Below, in pieces: positions 41,306-53,422 of a stretch of DNA of 64,000 nucleotides. The position numbers were made by a program, and so were the translations under genes. The notes under the pieces are model-generated. The model saw only the letters and a program-made list of their open reading frames with translations, was not told the origin of the DNA and did no database searches. The stretch comes from the human T2T-CHM13v2.0 reference genome, Homo sapiens: the NCBI RefSeq assembly GCF_009914755.1, contig NC_060932.1; one strand, given 5' to 3'. Numbering within the stretch: the first letter of the stretch is position 1; each line of letters opens with the position of its first letter.

Positions 41306-42290
41306 CTATGCAGCTAAATCCCCAAATTAGGGCTAAGCCCTGGAGTGTTATTGGCTTTGCTTAGGAAGGAATTCAAAAGCAAGCCAACAGTGAAGGAAAA
41401 GTTTATTAGGGCAACAATGTACAGCAAAATGGCTACTCCATAGACAGAGCAGGGCTATCCCACAGGCAGAGTGGCCAAGAGTAGCACTCATGGGCTGCTG
41501 GCTAGCTATAGTTATATCCACTCTTAGTTATATGCTAATTCAGGGGTGGGTTATTCATGAACTTTCTGGAAAAGAGACGGGGAGCTCCCAGAGCCATGTA
41601 AGCTAACTTCCAGGTCATTGCTATGGTGAGGTAGGAGGCTGGCAGGACTCGTCTCCAAACCAGAATGAATAAGGCTGAGACCAGGAAGCCACCCTAAGGG
41701 CAACCACTAGGTGCCCTCACTGCCCATCACCATGAGGCGCTCCAACCAGCAACATGACAGTTCACCAATGGCATGGAAACACCCAGAAGTTACTTCCCCT
41801 TACCATGGCAACAAATGGGAAGATATCCCACATTTTTGATCTATTTCTAAATGATCTGCCTCTTAATTAGCATGTCGTTAAAAGTGAGTATAAATATGAC
41901 TGCAAACTGCCCATACACTGCTACTCCCAGCACACTGCATATGGCCTAGCCCTGCTCCTCAAGGAGCAGTTAACTGAACTGCATCTCAGCCTCTGCCTCA
42001 GTAAAGCTGCTTTTCTCCACCATCGGCTCACTCTTGAATTCTTTACTGAGCGAAGCCAAAAACCTGCCCTGCATCAATGGCGTCATTCGTAAACTGCCAT
42101 GGTGCTGGTAAGAGCACCTTATGCAAATGTAGTATAATTCACATATAATGAGCAATGAGAGCAACTAATCATCATCTTGTTCCTAGCTGGTTTTGGCCCG
42201 TTTATTTGCTACATCTTGTTTAGATTAGCTCCTGTTTTGTTCAGCAGGGTCTTGTGAGGGGTGCTCGGAAAATAAGTCCTGCTGATCTTT
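41306..42290 (-). mobile_element. MER66C-like ERV1 solo LTR (outer), split by a second LTR
   Basis: Minus strand begins AGATCAGCAGGACTTATTTTCCGAGCAC; AATAAAC and TTGAATTCCTTCCTAAGCAAAGCCAA near its 3' end. Confidence 0.75.
41627..42076 (+). mobile_element. MER66-family ERV1 solo LTR (inner), complete
   Basis: TG...CA termini (TGAGGTAGGAGG ... GCCCTGCATCA); 4-bp TSD ATGG at 41623-26 and 42077-80; TATAAA at about 41889. Confidence 0.85.
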
Positions 42291-42343
42291 GAGTTCATGT
42301 CCAAATGATGAAAAAACACACAGCACTTAAAAAGAATGAATTT

Positions 42344-43413
42344 ACTACCCATCTGACAAGTGATTAATAACTAGAATATATAAGGCGCTCAAACAACTCT
42401 ATAGGAAAAAAATCAAATGATCCAGTGGAAAATGAGCCAAAAATTTGAACTGATATTTCTCAAAAGACATAAAAATGGCAAACAGGCATATGAAAATGTG
42501 TTCAACATCGCTGATCATCAGAGAAATGCAAATCAAAACTGCAATGAGATATCTCACACCAGTTAAAATGGCTTACATCCCAAGTCAGGCAATAAATGCT
42601 GGTGAGGGTGTGGAGAAAAGGCGACCCCTGTACATTGTTGGTTGGAATGTAAATTAGTACAACCACTATGGAAAACAGTTTGGAGATTCTTCAAAAAAAC
42701 TAAAAATTGGCTACCATGTAATCTAGCAATCCCACTCCTGGATATATACCCAAAAGAAAGGAGAGCAGTATATTGAAGAGATAACTGCACTCCCATGTTT
42801 GTTGCAACACTTTTCACAGTAGCGAAGATTTGGAATCAACCTAAGTGTCCATCAGCAGATGAATGGATAAAGAAAATTTGGTACCTGTACACAATGGAGT
42901 ACCATTCAGCCATAAAAAAGAATGAGATACAGTCATTTGGAACAACATAGATGGAACTGGATAACATTACGTTAAATAATATATATGTTAGGCACAGAAA
43001 GACAAATATTGCATGTTCTCACTTATTTGTAGGATCTAAAAATCAAAACAATTGAACTCATGGACATAGAGAGTAGAAAGATGGTTACCAGAGGCTGGGA
43101 ATTATTGTGGAGGCTTTGGGGGAGGTAGGGATGGTTAATGAGAACAAAAAAAGTTGTTAGAAAGAATTAAGACCTACTATTTGATAACACAACAGGATGA
43201 CTATTTTCAAGAATAATTGTACATTTTTAAATAACTAAAAGAGTGTGATTTGATTACTTGTAGCAAAAGGATAAATGCTAGAGGGGATGGATACCCCATT
43301 CTCCAAGCTGTGATTATTTCATATTACATGTCTGTATCAAAACATCTCATGTACCCCATAAATATATACATCTACTTTGTACCCACAAAAATTAAAAATA
43401 ATTTTTTAAAAAA
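42344..43413 (+). mobile_element. L1MA2-like 3' end inserted in an older L1ME
   Basis: AAAATCAAAACAATTGAACTCATGGACATAGAGAGTAG; GAGGGGATGGATACCCCATTCTCC; TSD AAAAAGAAT(G/A)AATTT at 42329-43 and 43471-85. Confidence 0.92.
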
Positions 43414-44158
43414 TATATAGGGTTACCTACATTAATGATAATGAAAAAAATTTTAAAACAAATGAAAAATAAAAAGAATAAATTTGATCTGCATGGAACC
43501 AACTTTGCATAGAACAACTTTGGGAAATGTTAAGAAATAATAGCAAAATTTTAAAGTAAATTACTGTATACATTTTAAAACAAAACAATGTTTGGTATGG
43601 ATGAATACATACATAATAAAGGGATTAAAATACATATATAGTGTACCTATCTAATTCAGAATACCTGTAGAAGGGAAGAATGGAGAAAAGGGCATGAGAT
43701 ATCCAACTCTCTAATGCTTTAGTCTTTAATAACTAACAGAAATACTGAAAACACTATAGCAAAACATAAACATGTATTAATTCAAGTGTTGGGCTCACAT
43801 CCATGTCAGTGCATTAGCATATTTCATGAATAAGTTATTTAAAATATTTATTACAGAAAGGGAAATGTACCAGGAATATAGAGAAGAGCAGTAGGTCAGC
43901 ATCTTTCACCTTATGTAGGACTCTGCCAATCTTTGCAGCCTTAGCTTCCTCCCTTCCCCACATACATATCATATTCCAGCTGCATCAAAGCACTTGAGTT
44001 TCCAGAATTTTTTTTGTGGGGGTGGGGGGTACAATTTTTATCTAGAATTGTCCATACACGTACTGGTGGATATTTAGCTCACTTTCAATTTGTTGCAATT
44101 ATAAATAATGCCACAATAAATTATCTCCTATGTATTAATTAGAGAGTTTGTCTCGAGT

Positions 44159-44332
44159 ACTGGTTCTCACTCTACATGTAAAAATCACTTTGGGAGATAT
44201 AAAAAAATACTATTGCCCAGGCCCCCTACCTCCACACAAGTGATTCTTATTTTATTAATCTGAGTGCTGACTTCAGCACTCATGCATATTTTCCACAGAC
44301 TATCTAGCCGTTTCTCACGTGTAGAACCACTG
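44159..44332. mobile_element. MER5-type hAT-Charlie MITE
   Basis: TGGTTCTC ... AGAACCACTG termini; AAAAATACTATTGCCCAGGCCCC. Confidence 0.65.
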
Positions 44333-44806
44333 CTCTAGTGAACTTGTATTGCCATATAGTGATCTTCCTGGCCTCCTCTGGGTTCTCATTGCACCCTGTT
44401 CAAGAATCTATTGTATTACATGCAGCTTTTTTATTTTATAATAGGTAGATGATAGACTCCTCTATAAATTTAATCTATATGAATATGAGGATCTATCAAA
44501 ATAATTGTGCCATGAGTGCTAAGAAAGGGGAGCAATACAATTACAATGAAATAATTTTCTAAGTTGGTAAACTGGGAAAGTTGCATCTGATCAAATGATG
44601 TGTTTCCAATCACAGGGCTAAACGTAGCATGCAGTACAAAATAAAACTAATAAATATTTGCTGATCAATTAAATGTGTGACTAACATCAATGGCTTATTG
44701 ATTCTAGATTATAAAATTGTACTGGGTATTTAAAATTACAAGTGTCTGAATGTTTCCTAATATTTATCAAACTAAAACTACTATGAAGATATTTTGAGTT
44801 TGTAAT

Positions 44807-45174
44807 AGATATGGTTTGGCTCTGTATCCCCACCCAAATCTCAGCTCAAATTGTAATCCCCATGTGTTCAGGGAGGGACCTGGTAGAGGGAAGTGATTAG
44901 ATCATAGGGGTGGTTGGTTTTCCCCATGGTGTTCTCCTAATATTCAGGGAGTTCTCATGAGATCTGATGGTTTAAAGTGACAGTTTCCCCTGTGCTTTCT
45001 CTATCCTGCCACCATGTAAGACGTGCTTGCTTCCCCTTCACCTTCCACCATGATTGTAAGTTTCCTAAGGCCTCCACAGCCATGCAGAACTGTGAGTCAA
45101 TTAATCCTCTTTTGTTAATAAATTACTCAGTCTCAGGTAGTATTTTTATAGCAGTGTGAAAAAGGACTAATACA
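44807..45174 (+). mobile_element. THE1D MaLR solo LTR
   Basis: GATATGGTTTGGCTCTGTATCCCCACCCAAATCTCA ... GGACTAATACA; 368 bp. Confidence 0.92.
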
Positions 45175-45564
45175 TAGTTCAAACTCTAAAAGTTTCTGAA
45201 AGGTATGGTTATGGTAGAGATTTTGGTATGTTTTTATATAAAAATAAACAAATCTTTAAAATTTGATATTTATTGTGTTTACATCAAACTATAGGCCAGT
45301 ACTACCTGAACTTATTTGACCAAGACAAAAGATGTAAGTTTTAGTATTGTTATAATTGTATGGATAAGAAATGGAATCTCAGAAATGTTAAATAATGTCC
45401 AAGAACACTTGGGAAGTGCTAGGATGCAAACTCAGCTTCATTTCTTTATAATACCATATAGTATCTATTAAAAGGCAAAGATTTTTAACTAATATAAAAT
45501 CTATTTAGAGTAGATGTTGAACACTAATTTGAATTGTTGTTGAATTTTGAATGCTAAGAAATTC

Positions 45565-46642
45565 TTAGTATCGATATGTGTGGATTTGATCCTGCAATTG
45601 TGCTATTAGCTGATTATTATGTTAACTTGTTTGTGTGGTTGCTTTACAGTGACACTGGCCTGTGTGTTTAAGTGTGTTCTTGTATTATCAAGTAGCAATC
45701 TTTCCTTTCTATATTTAGGGCTCCTTTCAAGATCTTTTGTAAGGTAGGTCTGGTGGTAATAAATTTCCTCAACCTTTGCTTATCTGAAAAGGATTTTATT
45801 TCTCCTTCACTTAAGAAGCTTAGTTTGGTTGGATATGAAACTCTTGGTTGACGATTTCTTTTCTTTAAGAATGTTGAATATAGCCCCCAATCTCTTCTGG
45901 CTTGTGCAGTTTCAGCTGAGGGGCATGCATTAGCCTGATGGGGTTCCTTTGTAGGTGACCTGCCTTTTCTCTCTAGCTGCCTTTAACATTCTTTCTTTCA
46001 CTATGGCCTTGAAAAATCTGATGATGATGTGTCTTGGGGATGATCTTATGTAAAATCTTGCACAAGTTTTCTGCATTACTTGAATTTGACTGTTGGCCTC
46101 TCTAGCAAGATTGGGGAAGTTTTTATAAACAATATCTTGAAATATGTTTTCCAGATTGTTTGCTTTTTTCCCCTCCCTTTCAGGGATGCCAGCAATTCAC
46201 AGATTTGGTCTCTTTACATAACCCCATAATTCTTGGAAGTTCTGTTCATTTCTTTTTATTCTTTTTTTCTTTATTTTTATCTGACTGTGTTATTTAAGAA
46301 TACCAGTATTAATGTTCTGAGATTCCTTCCTCGGCTTGGTTTTCTCTACTATTAAAAGTTATGATTGCATTGTGAAATTCTTGGATTGTGCTATTCAGGT
46401 CCTTTTTTTATACTGGCTATTTTATCCTTCAGCTCCTGTATCACTTTATTGTAATTCTTATTTTTCATGGATTGTGTTTTGCTGTCCTCCTGAATCTGAA
46501 GAATCTATGTTCCCATCCAATTCTGAATTCTATTTCTGTCATTCTAGCCAGTTCAGCCTCATTAAGAACTCCTGTTGGAGAACTGGTGCAATCATTTGGA
46601 GGACATACATTACTCTGGCCATTTGAGTTACCACAGTTCTTG
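45565..46642 (-). mobile_element. Inverted 5' segment (ORF1 plus ORF2 start) of an L1PA15/16-like element
   Basis: Minus-strand ORF1 N-terminus KNCGNSNGQSNVCPPNDCTSSPTGVLNEAELARMTEIEFRI; left end is antisense of the ORF2 start (GGATCAAATCCACACATATC). Confidence 0.88.
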
Positions 46643-48790
46643 AAGGAAGATAATTCAAAATAATAAGAGTCATCTATGACAAACCCACAGTTAACATTAT
46701 ACTGAGTAGGCAAAAGCTGGAAGCATTTCCCTTGAAAACCAGCACAAGACAAGGATGCCTTCTCTCATTACTTCTAGTCAACATAGTATTGGAAGTCTTA
46801 CGCAGCGCAATCAGACATGAGTAAGAAATAAAGGGTATTCAAGTAGGAAGAGAGAAAGTCAAACTATCCCTGTTGGCAGAAGACATAGTTTTATACTAAG
46901 ACACCCGATAGTCTAGGCCCAAAAGCTCCTCCAGCTGATAAAAAAACTTCAGCAAAATTGCAGGATACAAAATAAATGTATAAAAATCACTAGCATTCCT
47001 CTACACCAACAAGGGCCAAGCCAAGAGCCAAATCAGAAAGGCAGTCCCACTAACAATTGCCACATAAAGAATAAAATACCCAGGAATACACGAACCAGGG
47101 AGGTGAAAGATCTTTACAATGAGAATTACAAAACACTGCTAAAAGAAACTAGAGAAGACACAAATGAAAAAATATCTCATGCTCATGGATAGGAAGAATC
47201 AATATCATTAAAATGGCTATACTGCCCAAAGCAATTTACAGATTTAATGCTATTACTATCAAACTACCAACAACATTCTTCATAGAAATAGAAAAAACTA
47301 TTTCAAAATTCATATGAAACTAAAAACAGCCCAAGTTGCCAAGACAATCCTAAACAAAAAGAACAACAAAGCTTGAAGCATCACGTTACTGAACTTCAAA
47401 CAATGCTACAAGGCTAAGTAACCAAAACAGCATGGCACTGGTACAAAAACAGGAACATAGACCAAGGAACGGAATAGAGAGACTAGAAATAAGGCTGCAC
47501 ATCTATGACCATCTGATTTTCAACAAAGCTGACAAAAGCAATGGGGAAAAGACACCCTGTTCAATAAATGGTACAGGCGTAACTGGCTAGCCATATGCAG
47601 AAGATTGAAGCTGGATTCCTTTCATGCATCATACACATAAATCAACTTAACATGAATTAAAGACTTACATGTAAAACCCAAAACAACCTAGGCAATACCA
47701 GTCTTGACATAGGAAAAGGCAAAGATTTCATGACAAAGTTACCAAAAACAATCACAACAAACGCAAAAATTGACAAAATGGATCTAATCAAACTAAAGGG
47801 CTTCTGTACAGCAAAAGAAACTATCAACAGAGTAAACAGACAATCCACAGAATGTGAGAAATTTTTTGCAAAGTATGTTTCTGACAAAGGTCTAATATCC
47901 AGCATGTATAAGGAACTTAAACAAATTTAAAAGATAAAAATGAACAACTCCATTAAAAAGTGGACAAAGGACATGAACAGCCACTTCTCTAGAGAAGACA
48001 GTCATGTGGCCAACAAGCATATGAAGAATAGTTTAATATGATTGATAATTAGAGAAATGCAAATCAAAACCACAATGAGATACCGTCTCACAACAGTCAG
48101 AATGACTATTATTGAAAAGTCAAAAAATAACAGAGGTTGGCAAGGTTGCAGAGAAAAAGGCAAGCTTATACACTGTTGGTGGGAGTGTAAATTAGTTCAA
48201 CCATTGTGGAAAGCAGTATGGCGATTCCTCAAAGAGCTAAAAACAGAACTGCCATTCAACCCAGCAATCCCATTACAGGGTATATACCCAGAGTAATATA
48301 AATTATTCTACCATAAAGACACATGCACGTGAATGTTCATTGCAGGACTATTCACAATAGCAAAGACATGAAATCAACCTAAATGCCCATCATTGACAGA
48401 TTGGATAATGAAAATATGGTACATATACACCATGGGATATTATGCAGCCAGAAAAAAAGAACGAGATTTTGTCTTTTGTGAGAACACAAATGAAGCTGGA
48501 GGCTATTATCCTTGGCAAACTAACACAGGAACAGAAAACCAAATAGAACATGTTCTCACTTATAAGTGGTAGCTAAATGATAAGACCTTATCAACACAAA
48601 GAAAGAAACAACAGATACTGGGAGCTACTTGAGAGGGGAGGTTTTGAGGAGGGAGAGGAGCAGAAAAGATAACCATTGGGTTATCTTAATACCTGGGTGA
48701 TGAAATAATATGTACAACAAATGCCTGTGACACATGTTTACCTATGTAACAAATATTCACATGTATCCCCAAACCTAAAATAAAAGTTTT
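46640..48790 (+). mobile_element. L1PA15/16-like 3' segment (ORF2 RT to 3'UTR)
   Basis: [11 protein letters not shown].., [52 protein letters not shown]; 3'UTR GGAGAGGAGCAGAAAAGATAACCATTGGG..CCTAAAATAAAAGTT. Confidence 0.93.
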
Positions 48791-49544
48791 TTCTTAATTC
48801 TTGTATTATCAAGTAGCAGTTATAAGGCAAAAGATATATAGAACACTATAATTTGTTTTGTCAATAAATCTAATAATGACACTTTTTTTTTTTCAAGTCA
48901 CAGGAATTACATTTAATGGAAGGAATTTCTCAATTTTAAGTTTTTCTATTTAAATTTTTTGTTTTAAGCATTGGCAACTTCTGCCACTTTCCTGATAGCA
49001 TGTTCTAGCAGATGGCAAAAGGGAATGTGTAAGAAGGCAAGCAAATATTCATAGAGAAATTGGAACCATTTATCATGCATAGATGAAAGCTAGGTTTTTT
49101 TTTCCTTGAATGCATCCTCTTGGTAGTAATTTTATTTGGATTTACTTAATATAGTCATACTTTCTAATACAGTAAAAATCATTTCATGTTTACATGCTAG
49201 AAGAAAATACATCCATTTTAATGGTGGTCTCCAAGAAGTACTAGGACCATTGTTCAAACAAATTTGAAATGTACTCCTTTCTTTAGCTCTTTCCACCCAT
49301 GCATCAGAGATGAGAATTTTCTTCATTTTGGTGATTTTCAAACTTCATCATTATTTTGCCAATGATGAAGGCAAATATTACCCTTTTTAGGGCGAATATT
49401 ACCCTTCCCATTTCTAACTTCCTCCTTTGTCTTTCTGAAACCATTTCATCTTAAATGAAACTGGATTTTCTTCCAGCATTCAGTTTAGTTATATTTAGTT
49501 ACATTTTTATGTTATAGATATATTTAGCACTCTCATTTAGGTAC

Positions 49545-50346
49545 TGTGATATTGTGAAATATATATTTGGCCTTCATCCCCATCTGACATACAAATCTTA
49601 AAATCCTTGGAATCTCCAAAGTGTGTTTTGAATGCTAATATGGACTGATAGTTTTAGGATGGGGTAGCTCACCAGAAAGACCAAGGCAGTATTAAAGGGT
49701 CGTGACCTTCAATCCCACTCCCCAAGATCCAGAGAGGAGAAAGGGCTGACCATCAAGTTGATCACCAATGGCCAATGATTTAATCAATCATACCTACTTA
49801 ATGAAGCCTCCATAAAAACCCAAGAGAACAGGGCTATGGAGAACACTGAGCTTGCTGAACATGTGGAAGTTCCTGGGGGGCGGAATCCAAGGAGGGCATG
49901 GAAGCTCTGTTCTCCTTCCTCCATACCTCACCCTATGCATCTCTTCATCTGTATCCTTCATATATCCCTTTTAACAGCCAATAAACATAAATAATTGTGT
50001 CCCTGAGTTCTGTAAACTACTCCACATATTAATCAAACCCAAAGCAGAAGTGGTGGAAACCCCAGTTTGAAGCTGTTTGATCAGAATTCCAGAGGCCCAG
50101 ACTTGAAACTTGTGACTGATATTTGGAGCAGGGGGATGTCTTGGGGACTGAGCTCTAAACCAGTGTGATTTGACACTATTCTCAGGTAGATAGTATCAGA
50201 ATTGAATTGGAGAATATGTAGCCTGTATCCACAGCTTGTTGATGGGGAAAAACCCACACACATTTTATCACAGAAGTCTTCTGTGTTGACTGCTCTGTTG
50301 CTGCAAGTTCAAATAAGGAACACAGTATGAGAGTTTTTCCAAAACA
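49545..50346 (+). mobile_element. MER21-family solo LTR
   Basis: TGTGATATTGTGAAATATATATTTGG; TCACCAATGGCCAATGATTTAATCAATCAT; ends CA. Confidence 0.88.
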
Positions 50347-50619
50347 TATACACTTCTTCATTTTCATTTATATTACCACCTGTTTCAAAAAATGCTGACT
50401 TCTCTTACCGTACAATATTTTCATTGTTTACTTTCTTTTGAAAGGCTAATGTCTTTTCTAAATTCCTCTAATTACAATTACCCCTCAAACAGCAACATCA
50501 TTGAGATTTTTGTCTTCTAATACTGTGGCATTTTCCCACAGTATTCTCACACAGACAAAATAGAGATAGGTTTGTCTTGTAAAACACTGAGAGAGATCAT
50601 TTAGGGAGCATGAAGTGAG

Positions 50620-51028
50620 CTCCAATAAGACTTACAGAAGAATATCATACTTATTAACAAATGCACCCCTGATTAGAGTAAAAGGGACAAAGAATGTTCA
50701 AAATGCAAAGGGCTTCCAACTTCTAAGGACAACAAGAAATCTGAGAGAGTTACTCAGCTGCAAATGTCACCTATTTCTTTGAGAATAGGAAAGATGACTG
50801 AAATGAAGTCAAGGTATCTGAAGAAATAAATGGACTGTGAAGCCACTGTTAGGAACCAGAACTATACCTCACTCAAGTAACGTTCCTTGCACTTAAAGTA
50901 GGGGAACCTGGCCACAAATATCCAACTGGATTCAGAATTGCCATGGACTAGTGAGGAATAACTGCTTCCTGCTCTTCTCCTTTTTAAATGCAAATGTCTG
51001 TTGCAATTATTTTATTTGTGCTTCCCAC
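50620..51028 (+). mobile_element. MLT1 internal (MaLR-int) fragment
   Basis: CTGGATTCAGAATTGCCATGGACTAGTGA...CTTCTCCTTTTTAAATG..TGTCTGTTGCAATTAT. Confidence 0.5.
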
Positions 51029-51522
51029 AAAAGGGATCCTAACCCATATTTGTACACCCATATTCATAGCAGCATTGTGCATAATCACTAAAAGATAGAA
51101 GCAAACCAAGCATCCATCGATGGATAAGTCAACAAAATGTGGCATACATATAAAATGGAATATTATTCAGCATTGAAAAAGTAAAATTTTGACCCATGTA
51201 CAACATGGATGAATCTTAAGGACATTATGCTAAGTGAAATAAACCACTCACAAAAGGACAAATATTATATGATTCTACTTAAATGAGGTATTTAGAGAAG
51301 TCAAACTCATAGAGATAAAAAGTTGAATGGTAGTTGCCAGGAGTTAGTGGGAGAGAAGAATAGGTGGATAGTGTTCAATAGGTACAGTTTCCATGTATGG
51401 AGGTGGAAGTGTTGCAAATGGGTAGGTGATGGTTGAACAACAATGTGAATGTACTTACTGCCCCTGAACTGTACACTTTAAAATGGTAAGTTTTTATGCT
51501 ATACTTTACCACAAATAAAAAA
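51028..51522 (+). mobile_element. L1MB-type 3' end
   Basis: CAACATGGATGAATCTTAAGGACATTATGCTAAGTGAAAT; ACAACAATGTGAATGTACTTA..CTGAACTGTACACTT. Confidence 0.88.
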
Positions 51523-52190
51523 TTATTTCAATATATCCTTTATTATATAAAAAAGGGTAAGATAACTAAAACCAAAGATAACACCTTAGTCTCACATTTA
51601 ACCAGCTGGCATATGTACTCTAATTGAAAGCTTCTTCTTAAATAACAAATGAATAGAAGATAATCTCATAGGTCTCAAGTCTGTGAAAAGTTAATGGCAG
51701 TAATCTTCATATTGAAGACTATCCAAATTACTAACACAAGTGCACTCTTGTTTTTCAAGCTAACATGTTTACCAAACAAAAGATACTAGCTATAAATGTT
51801 AAGGCCATGTACTGACTTCAGTGGAATAAAGGAAGGCCATCTTCCCCAGTGCTGGGCAATATTTCCACTGGGATTTTCCAACCCAATAGGTATATGATAA
51901 ATACTTGATGCATGATTATTGTCAGAATGCTCACTTCAGAGGTTTTCTTTATAATTATAGAAGCATTAGAATAGGCTTTACTTTGTAAAATTCTATTTTT
52001 TCTTTTACTTATGTCATCTTCACATTGAAAATCATTTTTGAGGCCTTACATTGCAGTAGGCTTGAGTATTTACTAAGTACTCCAAACCTTCAGACTTCCT
52101 AGTATTGCTGAAAAGAGAAATCATAATGAAGGAGAAGACAATTCAGCCCGGAAGTCAAATCCAAATATCCTCCAAATGCTCTGTTCAGCA

Positions 52191-52304
52191 TTTTTTTAAT
52201 TAAAAGTTTTATAAAGTAAAAATATTACAGTAGGCTAAGGTTAATTTATGATTGAAGAACAAAAATATTTTTTATTAATTTTGTGTAGCCCAAGTGTACA
52301 GTGT
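52191..52304 (+). mobile_element. Tigger3 internal fragment, inverted near-copy of 53639-53750
   Basis: Its reverse complement aligns end to end with 53639-53750. Confidence 0.85.
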
Positions 52305-53141
52305 GGGACTCATACAGTTAATGGGCACAGAATTTCCATTTGGGGAGATATATTTAGATACACCTAATACACATAATTATAATCCATTTTACTCCTTCTC
52401 AAAATTGAGGAGTAAAGTGGATTATAATTTTTTTCAGTACTGCTGAAATTATTTAGTGCTTAAAGTTACATAAAGAGTTCAATCTATTTTGAGGACACTT
52501 CTCCTGCTTCTTTCACTGAGGTCACTGGAAGACTAAATAAGAAGAAAAGAGGGCGTTTAGGACATAGAAAATTTAAAGTACCTTGTAAAAACTAATTGAA
52601 AAATAATATTCCATTATTTCAGAAAAATAACACATTTTTCAACAAACAAAATTTACATAATGCAAAAGTAAATTTTAATGAGATGACAAAAATAACAAAA
52701 TTAATAATATGATTAGAACAAGAAAATCTTCCATGTACTCCATAAATTTTAAAATTTTATTGCCTGCTGTGGTTAAAAACATTGTGCTAATTGTCTAGTT
52801 AAAAGTCAAATGTTTTATAAGTTTTCAACTAATAAAGCTAATTTTGAAAAACACAGACTAGACAACCTTCTTACTGATACTAAATGCCGTTTTTCTAGTA
52901 AAACTGAAGAATACATGTGCAGTCATATGTTGCTTAACTATGGAGATACGTTCTGAGAAGTGTGTCATTAGGCAATTTCACCCTTTTGTGAACGACACAG
53001 AGTGTACTTGCAACAAACCTAGATAGTATAGCCTCCTTCACACCCAGACTAGATGGTATAACCTATTCTTTCTAGGCTACAAACATGTACAGCATGTTAC
53101 TGTATTGAATACTGTAGGCTGTTGTAAAATAATGCTAAGTA

Positions 53142-53422
53142 GGCCAGGCGCAGAGGCTCACGCCTGTAATCCCAGCGCTTTGGGAGGCCGAGCAGGCAGA
53201 TCACCTGAGGTCAGGAGTTCGAGACCAGCCTGAACAATATGATGAAACCTCGTCTCTACTAAAAATACAAAAATTATCCGGGTGTGGTGGCATGCTCCTG
53301 TAATCTCAGCTACTCGGGAGGCTGAGACAGAGGGAGACAGAGGTTGCAGGGACCCGAGATTGAGTCATTGTAGTCCAGCCTGGGCAACAAGAGCAAAATT
53401 CTGTCTAAAAAAAAAAAAAAAA
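53142..53422 (+). mobile_element. AluSp/Sq-like with about 16-bp right-arm deletion
   Basis: GGGCAACAAGAGC; A16 tail; TSD-like AATG(C/G)TAAGTA. Confidence 0.93.
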
